64,000 nt of DNA from Candidatus Obscuribacteraceae bacterium (GCA_044226015.1 JBGAHS010000002.1:1203435-1267434); one strand, 5' to 3'; numbered from the stretch's first letter, positions 46,901-58,012 are shown. A program made the numbers and translations. The notes: generated by a model from the letters alone, not told the origin.

Positions 46901-48241
46901 ATGGCTCACAGTAAAAGCACTTCACAGCAATTCCTGGTTGATCACCTCCTCAGGCGAGCGGGTTTCAATAGCACGCTGCAAGAACAGCGGTATTACAACG
47001 AACTAGGCTTTGAAAAAAGCCTGGATGAATTGCTTCATCCCGAAAAGATAGAAAATTCTGCACTGAACAAAATAATCGACGAACAGAACTTTGACTTTAC
47101 CGATATTGCTGACCTGCGCCGCTGGTGGATCTACCGCATGATGTTCACGCGCGCACCACTTGAAGAAAAAATCTGCCTCTTCTGGCACGGTCATTTCGCT
47201 ACTTCCAACGCGGGCAAAGTCAACAACCCCTACCTTATGTACCAGCAAAATTTGACTTTTCGCAAGTACGGACTGGGCAGGTTCGAAGACTTATTGCTGG
47301 CTGTTTCTCGTGACCCCGCCATGATTATCTGGTTGGACAATAAAGAGAATCGCAAAAATAGACCCAACGAAAACTACGCCAGAGAAGTTATGGAACTTTT
47401 CACAATGGGCATCGGCAATTACAGCGAAACAGATGTGAAAGAAGCTGCTCGAGCATTCACAGGATGGGCAGCACCGAGCGAATTTTATTTCAACAAGAAA
47501 CATCACGACTACGGGCAAAAAACCTTTCTGGGACAAGCTGGAAACTATGGGGGCGAAGACATCGTTCGCATTCTGGCAGCGCGCCCAGAGACAGCCAAAT
47601 ACCTCAGTCGCAAATTGATTGCTTTCTTCTGTCTTGATTCTAACGACGAAGCCTTCATCAATCGCATTTCACAGGTCTATCTATCTAGTAACCAGGAGAT
47701 TCGAAAGGTGCTAAGAGCAATTTTTGAATCAGACGAATTCAGAAGTGAGCAAGCCTATCACGCCAAAATAAAGAGCCCGGCTGAGTTTGTAATTGGCACC
47801 ATGAAATTGCTTCATGTCGACAAACTGGATGGCGACCTGCCCAGCGTGATGGCTCGAATGGGACAAAATCTTTTCGAACCACCAAACGTAAAAGGCTGGG
47901 ACGGAGGGCTCTCCTGGATTGCGACCGACACCCTGATGGAACGATTTAATTTCGCCAATCGCATAAGCTCTCAGAAGTTTGATGCAAAAGAAGGCTACAT
48001 AAATCCAGAAGTGCTATCACACCAATACGGCTCTACAAGCGCTAAAGATATGGTTGACTACTTCCTTGCGCGCCTCGTAGATGCTGACGTTCCTAGCACC
48101 ACTAAAAAGAAACTTCTCGAATACGTTTCAACAATAGACAATAAAGAACTTACAAACATTCCTGATGCCAAAACTCTAGACATGAAAATGCGTGGGCTAC
48201 TCCACCTGATTATGACTCTGCCGTCCTACCAATTAGCTTGA
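46901..48241 (+). CDS. DUF1800 family protein
   Basis: HLLRRAGF, FWHGHFATS, PNENYAREVMELFTMG, ARAFTGW, PPNVKGW. Confidence 0.9.
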   Translation: MAHSKSTSQQFLVDHLLRRAGFNSTLQEQRYYNELGFEKSLDELLHPEKIENSALNKIIDEQNFDFTDIADLRRWWIYRMMFTRAPLEEKICLFWHGHFATSNAGKVNNPYLMYQQNLTFRKYGLGRFEDLLLAVSRDPAMIIWLDNKENRKNRPNENYAREVMELFTMGIGNYSETDVKEAARAFTGWAAPSEFYFNKKHHDYGQKTFLGQAGNYGGEDIVRILAARPETAKYLSRKLIAFFCLDSNDEAFINRISQVYLSSNQEIRKVLRAIFESDEFRSEQAYHAKIKSPAEFVIGTMKLLHVDKLDGDLPSVMARMGQNLFEPPNVKGWDGGLSWIATDTLMERFNFANRISSQKFDAKEGYINPEVLSHQYGSTSAKDMVDYFLARLVDADVPSTTKKKLLEYVSTIDNKELTNIPDAKTLDMKMRGLLHLIMTLPSYQLA

Positions 48242-48249
48242 GGTGCTTG

Positions 48250-49500
48250 ATGAAAATCACAAGAAGACGTTTTGTTCAATCTGGTATCACCGCATTTGGT
48301 GCCGCACTTGCTTCAAGCCAATTGGTCAATCTTCTTGCACAACAAGCCCAAGCCGCACCGCGCAACGCTGGTGCTTCAAGAATTCTGATATTAGTGCAAA
48401 TGTCTGGTGGAAACGATGGGCTCAACACTGTGATTCCATATGCTGACCCTGCATACCTCAAACTGCGCCCCAGCATCGGCATAAAACCAGATGCCGTTTT
48501 AAAATTAGATGACAAATTTGGCTTGAATCCCAATCTTGGGCCACTTGAACAGTTGTTCAAAGACGGGCACCTGGCGATTGTTCAAGGAGTTGGCTATCCA
48601 AATCCAAACAGATCACATTTTCGCTCGCTAGAGATATGGCAAACAGCAGAACCGAAGAAGGTAAAAGATACGGGCTGGATCGGTCGCTATTTAGACCTGG
48701 CGAATGCCGGCAACAACCGCATCGATAATATTTTCCCAGCAATCAATATCGATTCAATTCCACCAAAAACCCTATCGGCAGAAAAGGTGATTGTGCCTTC
48801 GATAAATGATATTGCCAGATTCAGTTTCAAAACAAATCCGCGCTATGAGGCTGATCGAAAAGCACAAATCGAAGCATTCAACGCTATTTATGAAAAGTAT
48901 CAACTGAACCGACCTTATATCAACGAGTTGCGAAAGGTAGGTTTGGACACTACCGGTGCTTCAGATTACTTCGAAAAACTGGTGACACAAAATCCTGGTA
49001 GCGCAAAATTTCCAAACGATGGCTTTGGTAAAGCAATGCGATTCATCTCTCAACTAATTGTCGGTGGCGTTAATTGCTCGATTTACACGCTCTCACTCGG
49101 TGGCTTCGACACTCACACCAACGAAGTCAACGCGCAGGGGCGGCAACTCAGAACTCTTGGAGAATCGATCAAAGCCTTACATGACAATTTGAAAGAGCAC
49201 AAGTTAGACAAAGATGTGGTCGTGATGACATTCTCAGAGTTCGGCAGACGTGCGGCTGAAAATGGTGGCAGAGGAAGCGACCATGGAGCAGCTGCACCGA
49301 TGTTCGTAGTGGGCTCTCAGGTTAAAGGCGGCATTGTCGGAGAACACCCAAGTCTGACTGAGCTGGAAGATGGTGATCTGAAATACAAGATGGATTTCAG
49401 AAACGTCTACGCAAGTGTTTTAGACAAGTGGCTTAATGCTGACAGCAAGATTATTCTTGGCGATAAGTTCGATAACCTTGAACTCTTTCTTAAGACTTAA
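48250..49500 (+). CDS. DUF1501 family protein (Tat signal)
   Basis: TRRRF; GGNDGLNTVIPY, RSHF, GGFDTH, SEFGRR, GSDHG. Confidence 0.9.
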   Translation: MKITRRRFVQSGITAFGAALASSQLVNLLAQQAQAAPRNAGASRILILVQMSGGNDGLNTVIPYADPAYLKLRPSIGIKPDAVLKLDDKFGLNPNLGPLEQLFKDGHLAIVQGVGYPNPNRSHFRSLEIWQTAEPKKVKDTGWIGRYLDLANAGNNRIDNIFPAINIDSIPPKTLSAEKVIVPSINDIARFSFKTNPRYEADRKAQIEAFNAIYEKYQLNRPYINELRKVGLDTTGASDYFEKLVTQNPGSAKFPNDGFGKAMRFISQLIVGGVNCSIYTLSLGGFDTHTNEVNAQGRQLRTLGESIKALHDNLKEHKLDKDVVVMTFSEFGRRAAENGGRGSDHGAAAPMFVVGSQVKGGIVGEHPSLTELEDGDLKYKMDFRNVYASVLDKWLNADSKIILGDKFDNLELFLKT

Positions 49501-49904
49501 GAAAGGGACTGCTTTAACAAAGAAATCTTGACCACAGCACTTGAGGAGATTGAATCTGCTCATCCTGATTTGAGAGATTTGATTATCTTCCGATTCCCCC
49601 AACTGATTCCTGAGCAAAACGCAAAAGCTACTTTCTGCAATCACTTCCAGCCCTAAGACAGAAGCTTCTTGCTTCGTTGTTTTGGACTGCGAATCTGAGA
49701 AAAATGAAAAGTAAGCTCGTCGATTCTCTGCTCGGGGTGCTCAGTGCGTCGCCTGTAGCGCTAGCTGTCGCTACCAGGGCGATCGCCCCAGAGCACGTCA
49801 GGCGGGCGATAGGACAGTTTCTCTGCAAGAACAGCATTAAAAACTTCTGACACTGATTGGTGGTTTCCGCAAATCAGTGTAACCCCGTTCCGAAAGGAAT
49901 TCAC

Positions 49905-51065
49905 ATGAATCAAATCAGACGAACCGTCGTAGCAGGGCTAATCGTCCTCTCCTGTGCCGCAGTCACCATCCTGATGTTCGCAGCAACACTCCGCATGGAG
50001 AACGGTGCAGCAGAACGTCACTGGGACATGCGGGTCTCCGATACGCTTCCACTGCAGCTCATGGACGAGCTGACTGGAGAGCTGACACGGACCGTACATC
50101 CCAACCCCAAGACCGGCCGTCCTGACTTCATCGAAGTGGGCTACAAAGATGGTCGGCTAGGCACTTACCACTTCGATAACGGTCACCTCAGCCGTTATCA
50201 AAGCTTCGAAGCAGACAAGACCCTCCGCTACGAAGCTGAATACGACGCAACTGGCGCGTTAACCGGATATCGCTTCTTGCGCAAGGATGGAACTCAGGAA
50301 ACCGTTTACCGACGCAACTTGAGCGGCTCTGAAGAGCTGTCATTCTTCGATGCAAAAGGTCTGTGCATCAAATCAGTGGTCACAGCGGCCGATGGCAGCC
50401 AGACCATCAGCGTCAGGGATGCCGCCACCGCGCGCGTCAGCAACACGAACAGTGATGCCAGCGCGAGCGAGAAGGAGTTCTACCCCGTCGAAACGGAGAA
50501 CGGAACGATTCACCAGCTGAAAATGAAGCTGCAAGGCGTCAGACTGAAGAGCTGGGAGTATCGCAACAAAGAAGGCACCCTTCTCCATACTGGCACATTC
50601 ACCGCAGATGGTGACATCGAAATGACGATCTATTCTGCGGGCAAAGCTGTGCTCAAACAGACCTGGACCGGCAGCGGCGAGGACTGGACAAGACGATACT
50701 ATCGACTTTCCATAATTCGCCAGCTCGACGGCTCTGGCGAAGTGGCCTCCGAGGCAAAGCTTCAGGCTGACGGCAAAACACCGTTGGAAATCAGCACCTT
50801 CTACGGCGGGAGAAAGAACAACACCAACCATTACGACAGCAACGGCTTCCACTACCGCACCAGCTACTACGACTACAGCGGCTCACCATCCTCTAGCTAC
50901 GAGATTCCTGCGCAATACCGGCGCCAGTCCAAATTCTCGCCACTAGTTCTTGGGGAACCCAGCGACGGCAAACAACCTTTGTACCGCTTACGCGGTGTGC
51001 CTTACTCGTCCGCGCCCGAGGAAAACGCCGGCCCACTGCCAGCCTTCTTCCTCAACGCGAAATAA
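49905..51065 (+). CDS. Membrane-anchored beta-repeat (MORN/YwqK-like) protein C
   Basis: TM; YEAEYD, KSWEYRNKEG..HTG, GEDWTRRYYRL; paralog of protein B. Confidence 0.75.
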   Translation: MNQIRRTVVAGLIVLSCAAVTILMFAATLRMENGAAERHWDMRVSDTLPLQLMDELTGELTRTVHPNPKTGRPDFIEVGYKDGRLGTYHFDNGHLSRYQSFEADKTLRYEAEYDATGALTGYRFLRKDGTQETVYRRNLSGSEELSFFDAKGLCIKSVVTAADGSQTISVRDAATARVSNTNSDASASEKEFYPVETENGTIHQLKMKLQGVRLKSWEYRNKEGTLLHTGTFTADGDIEMTIYSAGKAVLKQTWTGSGEDWTRRYYRLSIIRQLDGSGEVASEAKLQADGKTPLEISTFYGGRKNNTNHYDSNGFHYRTSYYDYSGSPSSSYEIPAQYRRQSKFSPLVLGEPSDGKQPLYRLRGVPYSSAPEENAGPLPAFFLNAK

Positions 51066-51146
51066 CAAACTGATCACCAGTTCACCTGTCAGAGAGGGAG
51101 TGCGCATTTGCACTCCCTCTCTGATTATCCTTTCGAGGAGCTCTCT

Positions 51147-52055
51147 ATGCACTTTTGCAAACCTGCTCTCATCAGAAATCCGGTTGGAGGTTCAGCGAAT
51201 ACGTTCATGTACACCAGCCTTCTGAAAGAGCTGGCGGGGCATAAGTCGTGTGTCTTAGACTACACCACCACACCAGAGCCACGCTCAGCCTACAATCACG
51301 CCACGGACGCCATCGCCCGCGGTGCAGACCTTCTCATCGCGATGGGTGGTGATGGCACTGCGATGGAAGTCGCTGAGGCCGCGCTCGCGACGAACACACC
51401 CATGGCTGTCTATCAAGGCGGCACTGGAAATCAGTTCGCCAGCACCTTTTACCCCAGACTGCCGGCAGATCTCTTCTGTCGCATGCTTCTTGAGGGAGAA
51501 CCTCAAGAACTGGACATTCTGCAGCTGAATCTGCGCCTGAACGGAAGCGAAAGTTCCAGATACGCCCTGGTCGGCTGCTGCTCACACGAAATCGCCAACG
51601 CCATCTCGTTTGCTCCCAGAAAGTGGAAGAGAATTTTTGGCAATCTCGTTTATCACTACCGCTGTGGTCTGGCTTTTCTGAATCCCAAAACGCAAAAGGT
51701 AAGGTTTGTTACTGATAAAGCTCAATGGGAAAGCGATGTCCTGACCTGCTCAGTCCTGAACGCATGTGCCATGCCTCTGCTGCAAACGGGGTCGTCCATC
51801 AACGCAAGCGACGGACTCGCCGACGTCTTCGTCATATCAGCAAAAACACGAAAAGAACTCGTGAAGCTGGGCTTCAATCTGTTCTTCAAAGGACCACGGC
51901 GGGTCCGAGAAAACCTGCAGATGCTGCGTACAAACCGGATCGTACTCGAGTCAGACAAAACCTTCGACATGAACATCGATGGTGAGCCTGCCCAAGCCGA
52001 CCGGGTCGAAATCAAAGTGCTCAAAGGCGCTTTGAAAATGATTGTTTCTCAATAA
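51147..52055 (+). CDS. Diacylglycerol/lipid kinase family protein
   Basis: NPVGG, GGDGT, GGTGNQFA, SDGLADV, NIDGE. Confidence 0.85.
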   Translation: MHFCKPALIRNPVGGSANTFMYTSLLKELAGHKSCVLDYTTTPEPRSAYNHATDAIARGADLLIAMGGDGTAMEVAEAALATNTPMAVYQGGTGNQFASTFYPRLPADLFCRMLLEGEPQELDILQLNLRLNGSESSRYALVGCCSHEIANAISFAPRKWKRIFGNLVYHYRCGLAFLNPKTQKVRFVTDKAQWESDVLTCSVLNACAMPLLQTGSSINASDGLADVFVISAKTRKELVKLGFNLFFKGPRRVRENLQMLRTNRIVLESDKTFDMNIDGEPAQADRVEIKVLKGALKMIVSQ

Positions 52056-52065
52056 TTCAAGTCCC

Positions 52066-52102
52066 TAAGCCGAGTCCCTACGAGGGTCTCGGCTTAACTT
52101 TT
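52066..52102 (+). terminator. Intrinsic terminator
   Basis: taagccgag.ccct...aggg.ctcggctta followed by actttt. Confidence 0.55.
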
Positions 52103-52119
52103 GCATTGAAAGTGTTGCG

Positions 52120-52905
52120 ATGTTTGCTAGAACCAAAACAGTTATTTCAGGTTCATTCATTGGTCGATTGGTTGCTTGCTGCAAAGACAAGTACAAGAAA
52201 GAAGTCGAACTACGCCTAACAAGCGGTTACATCGCGCCGGTGTCACGATGGCTGCTTATTCCAACCCGAATTATCACCGCCTTCTGGTGCTGGCTTCAAC
52301 TGGGTCGAATCAGTCTGATCAATTCGGACATCTGCTTCTCCAAGCAACGGCTGATTTATTGCCCCAACCACAGCAGCTACTTCGACGCCCTCGTCATGCA
52401 CAGCATCACGATGGGACCAGTCCACTACATGAGCGCCGTTGAAGAACTTCGTGGACTCTTCGGATTGAAAGCGCTACTCTTAACCGCGGTTGGCTCTTTC
52501 GCAGTCGATCGTTCGAAAGGTCGCACTGTTATTGCTCCGGCGGTGGATACGCTGGTCAGCGGTAAGCAGCTGCTCATGTTTCCGGAGGGTAAAATCCACA
52601 TCACTGGAAAGTTTGGCCCCTTCAAACCAGGCGCTGCTGTGATTGCTGGTCGAGCCTGTGAGCATCTCGAAGCAGGAACACCCGTCGGCATCGTGCCAGT
52701 GCACATCAGCTATGGAAAGCGCGATGTTGAAACTGGCAGCACTTACAGCTTCTTTAAGATGGGATTCTCCTGGCGAGGAGGCGTGAAGGTATTCTTCGGA
52801 GAACCGATCTGGGTTAACGAACTCCAGGAGCTGTCGGCAGACGAAATCATGGAAAAGGTGCGACAGGGCATGCTGAAATTCCCGTCTGAAACAAGCGGTG
52901 AATAA
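52120..52905 (+). CDS. PlsC-like lysophospholipid acyltransferase
   Basis: NHSSYFD (HxxxxD), FAVDR, FPEG, FKPG. Confidence 0.85.
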   Translation: MFARTKTVISGSFIGRLVACCKDKYKKEVELRLTSGYIAPVSRWLLIPTRIITAFWCWLQLGRISLINSDICFSKQRLIYCPNHSSYFDALVMHSITMGPVHYMSAVEELRGLFGLKALLLTAVGSFAVDRSKGRTVIAPAVDTLVSGKQLLMFPEGKIHITGKFGPFKPGAAVIAGRACEHLEAGTPVGIVPVHISYGKRDVETGSTYSFFKMGFSWRGGVKVFFGEPIWVNELQELSADEIMEKVRQGMLKFPSETSGE

Positions 52906-53162
52906 AAGAGAAACGCAAGTATGAAGTTTGGCTCCAAAAGCCAGACCCATGCTTGCTTTCTCTTACCAGAATACTACTACACGTTATACTAGACACCCCT
53001 TTGGAGCCTGAAGCAAAATTTGACCAAAGCCACAAGTCACATCACGCTAAAGCGACGACGATGAATGACCAGACCTCTTTTCTTCAGTCCTTCTTAGCTA
53101 AAAGTTGCGCAATAATGTATTCAAAAGAGGCTCTCCCAGAGAGCGAATGCTACAATTTGGCA

Positions 53163-55103
53163 ATGCCTAAGATAAACGTTTTACCTGACTTTATAGCCAG
53201 TCAGATCGCCGCCGGAGAGGTGGTCGAGCGTCCTTCATCTGTCGTGAAAGAGCTCGTAGAGAATGCCATCGATGCTGGCGCTCATCAAATAGAAATCGCA
53301 GTCGGAGCTGAATGCCGAGATATTCGCATAGCTGATGATGGCTGCGGTATGAGTCCTGATGACGCTGTACTCGCATTTCAAAGACATGCCACTTCCAAGC
53401 TTAGTTCTGCAGAAGACCTGACCAATCTCAAGACTCTGGGGTTCAGAGGAGAAGCTCTGCCCAGTATAGCCTCAGTATCACGAGTCAGCTGCACCACACG
53501 AACAGCAGACGCCACTAACGGCACCAAAGTCAGCGTTGAAGAAGGCAAGATAAGCGCACATGAAACCGGTTGCGCCATTGGAACAATAATAGAAATTTGC
53601 GATCTCTTTTACAACGTTCCAGCTCGCCTGAAGTTCTTGAAGAAAGGCTCCACAGAATTTTCCCATATACATGAAATCGTAGAACAACTTGCTCTTGCAA
53701 ATCCTAAGATAGTCTTTCAATTGCTAAATCAAGGCGAAGTAGTGTTGAGAACAAGCGGCTCTGGCAAGCTGGCTGAGGCAATGGTTGAGCTGGAATTTGT
53801 CAAACCATCTCACGACCTCATTCCAATTACCGGAGTTGATATGCGCTTCGGAATGGCTGTTTATGGTAATGTCGGACGCCCGCCTCTCTGTCGTGGTGAC
53901 CGCAAAGGCATTGTAACCATCGTCAATAACAGGCCCGTGCGCTGTCATCTTGCGCTCAAAGCCCTCGACTACGCGTTTTCTGACTTAATACCTCGGGGCA
54001 AATATCCGATTGCCGTCCTCAACGTCACGATAGATCCCCACGAAGTTGATGTGAATGTACATCCGACCAAGAAAGAGGTTCGCTATAGCAATTCCAGCGA
54101 TGTTTACCTTGCAATTCAAAAGGCCTTAATTGAAGGAACTCGCAGAATGAAGATGAGTTCCGAGGTCGTAGTCAACCCGGGTGCTCCTGGCTCAAGCGAA
54201 GAGAAAGAAGAGCAGCCGCAGGAAAGAACAGAAATCGCGCATGAAGAGAAGAGTCAAGTAAGTAGTCCTGTTGAGACTCCTCTCGTGACGCAACAAAGTA
54301 CGCCCGACCTGGCAATTACAAATCAGTCTTTCCAGACAAGCGACACTGAATATAGTGGCGCGCCAGGCACGCCTGTAGTTCGCGACACACGCGAGGTTGC
54401 AGTCGGAGGAAAAACTTATCAGCGCATTCAGCAGCTTGGTCTTCGTGATCGACTGGTCAGCACTCCTCCAAGCCGAATTAGCAATCAGTATCCGATGCCA
54501 TCTGCCAGAAAAGAACCTGCTTTTCCGATAGGCTGGCGTTATGTCGGCTACATCTTCAACATGTACATGCTTTTTGAAACTCCGGAAGGCTTCAAAATGG
54601 TTGAGCAACATATTGCTCACGAGCGATTGTTGTACGAGAAATTAATAGCACAGCAAGAGCTTCCTGGGCGAATTACAGAAGCGGTGCAAAGACTCATCAT
54701 TTCCGCGCCACTAAATCTGGTGCCTTCACAGAAAGCTGCGCTTGCTGAAAATTTGGAATTTATACAATCACTCGGTTTTGATTTTGACTTCCAACCGAGC
54801 CACATAAGCTGTGTACAGGTTCCGCTAGAGCTGGCAACAAAAGACTACGCCGGAACAATTCAGCAGATCTTGGAACAAATTTTAAATTGCGATAAAGCGG
54901 AATTCTCGTTGGAAGCAACAAAGTCTCTGGCCTGTCAGGCAGCCATCAAAAATGGCATGGTGTTAACAGAAGGCGAGATCATGGAACTCGTCGCAGCATG
55001 GCTAGCTTGCCCACGCAACGATACCTGCCCGCATGGCAGACCAATCTGCCTGACGTTCAGCAAAGAGAAATTATTTGATCTCTATCACAAAAGCACGCTC
55101 TGA
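53163..55103 (+). CDS. mutL: DNA mismatch repair endonuclease MutL
   Basis: IAAGEVVERP, GFRGEAL, DVNVHPTK, EQHIAHER..E, ACQAAIK, CPHGRP. Confidence 0.96.
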   Translation: MPKINVLPDFIASQIAAGEVVERPSSVVKELVENAIDAGAHQIEIAVGAECRDIRIADDGCGMSPDDAVLAFQRHATSKLSSAEDLTNLKTLGFRGEALPSIASVSRVSCTTRTADATNGTKVSVEEGKISAHETGCAIGTIIEICDLFYNVPARLKFLKKGSTEFSHIHEIVEQLALANPKIVFQLLNQGEVVLRTSGSGKLAEAMVELEFVKPSHDLIPITGVDMRFGMAVYGNVGRPPLCRGDRKGIVTIVNNRPVRCHLALKALDYAFSDLIPRGKYPIAVLNVTIDPHEVDVNVHPTKKEVRYSNSSDVYLAIQKALIEGTRRMKMSSEVVVNPGAPGSSEEKEEQPQERTEIAHEEKSQVSSPVETPLVTQQSTPDLAITNQSFQTSDTEYSGAPGTPVVRDTREVAVGGKTYQRIQQLGLRDRLVSTPPSRISNQYPMPSARKEPAFPIGWRYVGYIFNMYMLFETPEGFKMVEQHIAHERLLYEKLIAQQELPGRITEAVQRLIISAPLNLVPSQKAALAENLEFIQSLGFDFDFQPSHISCVQVPLELATKDYAGTIQQILEQILNCDKAEFSLEATKSLACQAAIKNGMVLTEGEIMELVAAWLACPRNDTCPHGRPICLTFSKEKLFDLYHKSTL

Positions 55104-55557
55104 GCGTTCGCGCACCTCGCGATATTGCAGGCGCTCAGAGACTTCTTCTGCAAGCGGCTTGTCAAGCACAAATCACGACTCGCGCGCCTGTACACAACGC
55201 CAAGAGCTGTTCCGCTGCAGCCGTGTGACGAGAATGGCTCAGCATGCCATTCTCAACCGCCAGCATTCAATGCTAACCGCTAGCGCACACTAGTGTAATT
55301 AGGTCTAAGCTAATTGAACGAGTGCCTGAAACCTAATAGGTTTAGGTGTTTCCGTAAACCAAACCTTGTTTCCCGCAGCCCGCGCAAAAAGAACTAGCTA
55401 GAGCCACAACGACGCGCATAAATACAGCTTGACACGCCTTCTGGTGTGTCAGGTGCGGTAACAAGGGCTGATGCGATGACGACAGGTAACGTGGCACACC
55501 TGCTCGCGCGTATCAGTATCCAGTCAGTGAAGTAATCGTAAAACAAGGCAAGCCACC

Positions 55558-56643
55558 ATGACTACAAAGCTCTCCAAACTTGATGTGGCAGAGCTACTTG
55601 GACCCACGCCGATCGCTCGCGTGACGGACCGAGAAATCTGCTCACAGCTTCTCTCCCCTCAAACCAAAGCTTTACTGGGACAGATCGAAAACATCGTTCA
55701 TGGCCCCGAACTACGCGAAACCGACTCTCCGCTTTTCCCTGGAGACGAGGTTAGCAATCTGAATGATCATCGCCTCTACGGTGGTAAGAACGGTTTCATC
55801 CGCTTCCCCTACGTTGCGACGATCTACAAGACGACCTACGGCGCCCTGGTCATTAAGCGAGATCAGCACAAGTTCAAAGTGCTGGCTTACCTCGGTGACA
55901 TCAGCAAGGGCAAAGCTGAACTCATCTTCATGGCAGCTCTGCGCGACCGTCGCTACGACGGCACGTTGCGGGGCAACGATTGCGCGCTACTCTCGTTTGC
56001 TTACGACGAGAAGAGCAACGCACCCCTGCCTGTCGATGCCAGCTCCGTGGAAGTCTCGGTCTACGCCTTCTCGCCTGGCTCCCGCATCGTTCATGCGTGC
56101 GGTGATGCCGAACTTGAAGCGTTCGTAGCCAGCCCGTTCAAATACCTGGGCGACCCCGAGAAGTTCCGTCGCCTGCTCGACCGCGCCTGGAGCAGCTATC
56201 GCTCTCCTGGACAAATCGGAGCCCCAATCGGCGATATCGCCAAGTTCGTCGGCCCTCGTTTCGACCTCATCGCGAAAAACAAGGGCTACGATTTCCTCGA
56301 GGATGCAGCAAGCCACTACCATGTCGCCATGTTCGCGGCATCCATGGGCTATCGATGCACCTATGAAGACCAGGAGAAACAGCTTGCAGAGTTCAAGGCT
56401 GGCATCGAACGCATTAAAGCGTCCGGCGTCAAACTGACTCGTCAGCAAGAATCGTGGGTCTGCGTCATGCAGTCCTTGCCGGTCGAACTCATTCCGCCTC
56501 AGCTTTACCTGGGCGGAGTCAAATGGCCGCAAGACAACATTTCGCAGACGAACCTGTGGATGAACAAGCCCCTTAACGATAAGGCTCGCTTGCTAATCCC
56601 AGGAGCGATTAAGCGTGACCTGCCTGCAGGCTGTGCGTCCTGA
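55558..56643 (+). CDS. Unknown-function protein, possibly GNAT-like; paralog of the next gene
   Basis: FPGDE, ALRDRRYDGT, GYDFLE.AASHYHVAM...GY, WPQDNI shared with the paralog. Confidence 0.75.
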   Translation: MTTKLSKLDVAELLGPTPIARVTDREICSQLLSPQTKALLGQIENIVHGPELRETDSPLFPGDEVSNLNDHRLYGGKNGFIRFPYVATIYKTTYGALVIKRDQHKFKVLAYLGDISKGKAELIFMAALRDRRYDGTLRGNDCALLSFAYDEKSNAPLPVDASSVEVSVYAFSPGSRIVHACGDAELEAFVASPFKYLGDPEKFRRLLDRAWSSYRSPGQIGAPIGDIAKFVGPRFDLIAKNKGYDFLEDAASHYHVAMFAASMGYRCTYEDQEKQLAEFKAGIERIKASGVKLTRQQESWVCVMQSLPVELIPPQLYLGGVKWPQDNISQTNLWMNKPLNDKARLLIPGAIKRDLPAGCAS

Positions 56644-56781
56644 TCGAGCACTGGAATTATTCCGGACAGCGGTTCCCACAAGGCAACTGCATCTAGAGAC
56701 AGTCGGAGCAAGCTTCCAAGCTTGTTCCGGCTGTTTTCCAGTGCGTTCTCAACAATTCGGGCACGCCCGAGAAGGAGACCT

Positions 56782-57834
56782 ATGCTCAAATTCAAAAGCT
56801 GGAACACAGCTGCGATGCTGGGCGTAACACCTCTTTCCCGGACGCAGGTGACAGACGAAATGATCTGGAACCACCTGCTGACCCCTACCGTAAGAGCTCT
56901 GCTCGGACCGATCACATCTTTCGGCGAGCCGACAGTGTTCGAAACGACTGCCGGTCATTTTCCGGGAGACGAGAGCACCAACTTGAATGCCCACCTCATC
57001 TACGGGCAGCAAGGGTATGTGCGTTACCCCTACGTCTCAGTATGCCACCGCACCGCCTATGGTGCGCTGGTAATCAAACAAGATTTCCGCAAGATCAAAG
57101 TCAGCGCATGGGTTGGCGATGTCAATGCGGGAAAAGCCGAAATGGTTCTGCTCGTAGCGCTTCGCGACCGTCGCTATGACGGCACGAAAGCAGCGAATGA
57201 CACAGCGCTACTCGGCTTCCCCTACGACAACCCCGTCAACAATCCGCTGACGACGAGCCTCAACTCGCTGGAAATCTCAGTTTACAGCTTCTTGCCGGGT
57301 TCGAAAGTAAAGGACGCCTGTGGCGACCATGAACTCGAACTCTTCGTCGAGAAGCCCTTCACCTTTGTTGACCGGCCCGAAGTCTTCCTCAAGCTTTTCG
57401 AAAAAGCCTGGACAAGCAACCGCGGACCCGGCCAACATGCGGCTCCGATCAAGGACGTCTCCAAATTACTCTTGACCGGCGTCGAAGCCGTGGCCAGGCA
57501 TTGCGGATACGACTTGTTGGAAGCGGCTTGCAGCCATTACCACGTGGCTATGTGGTTCACCTCAAACGGCTTCGTCTACGAGTACGAAAAAGACCGGCAG
57601 CTGATGCAAAATCTCGCTGCAGGTCTCAAAAGAATTCGTGACGAAGGCACACCCTTGAATCGCACACAGCAATCATGGGTTTGCGCAATTCAAAACCTGC
57701 CGCAAGAGCACGTTCCAGCGAAGCTTCGCCTGGGACTGCAATGGCCGCAGGACAACATCCGTCCAGACAGCCTCTGGGTTGCAAAATCTCTCTCAGCTAA
57801 AGCGAAAGAGTTGTTGCTGCCACTCAAGGGCTGA
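56782..57834 (+). CDS. Unknown-function protein, possibly GNAT-like; paralog of the previous gene
   Basis: RBS aaggag; same motifs (GYDLLEAACSHYHVAM...GF). Confidence 0.75.
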   Translation: MLKFKSWNTAAMLGVTPLSRTQVTDEMIWNHLLTPTVRALLGPITSFGEPTVFETTAGHFPGDESTNLNAHLIYGQQGYVRYPYVSVCHRTAYGALVIKQDFRKIKVSAWVGDVNAGKAEMVLLVALRDRRYDGTKAANDTALLGFPYDNPVNNPLTTSLNSLEISVYSFLPGSKVKDACGDHELELFVEKPFTFVDRPEVFLKLFEKAWTSNRGPGQHAAPIKDVSKLLLTGVEAVARHCGYDLLEAACSHYHVAMWFTSNGFVYEYEKDRQLMQNLAAGLKRIRDEGTPLNRTQQSWVCAIQNLPQEHVPAKLRLGLQWPQDNIRPDSLWVAKSLSAKAKELLLPLKG

Positions 57835-58012
57835 AGCCACTGTTTCTCGTTCGCGATGACGCCCATCGCGCATTTGCTTGCAGCGTTCAACAAGCTGCGG
57901 AAATGAAAGACCCAAATGAAGACCCCATACCTACGGACCAAAGGGGCGCGCACCCGCAGCAAGGCAAGCACTTGCGGGGGGTGGCGCGCTTAAAGCGAAA
58001 AGGAACAACCCA

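Noticed and set aside
54601..54640. MutL EQHIAHER instead of DQHAxxE as loss of endonuclease activity
   Set aside because: From memory, a natural variant in cyanobacterial-lineage MutL; the AC.AAIK and CPHGRP motifs are intact
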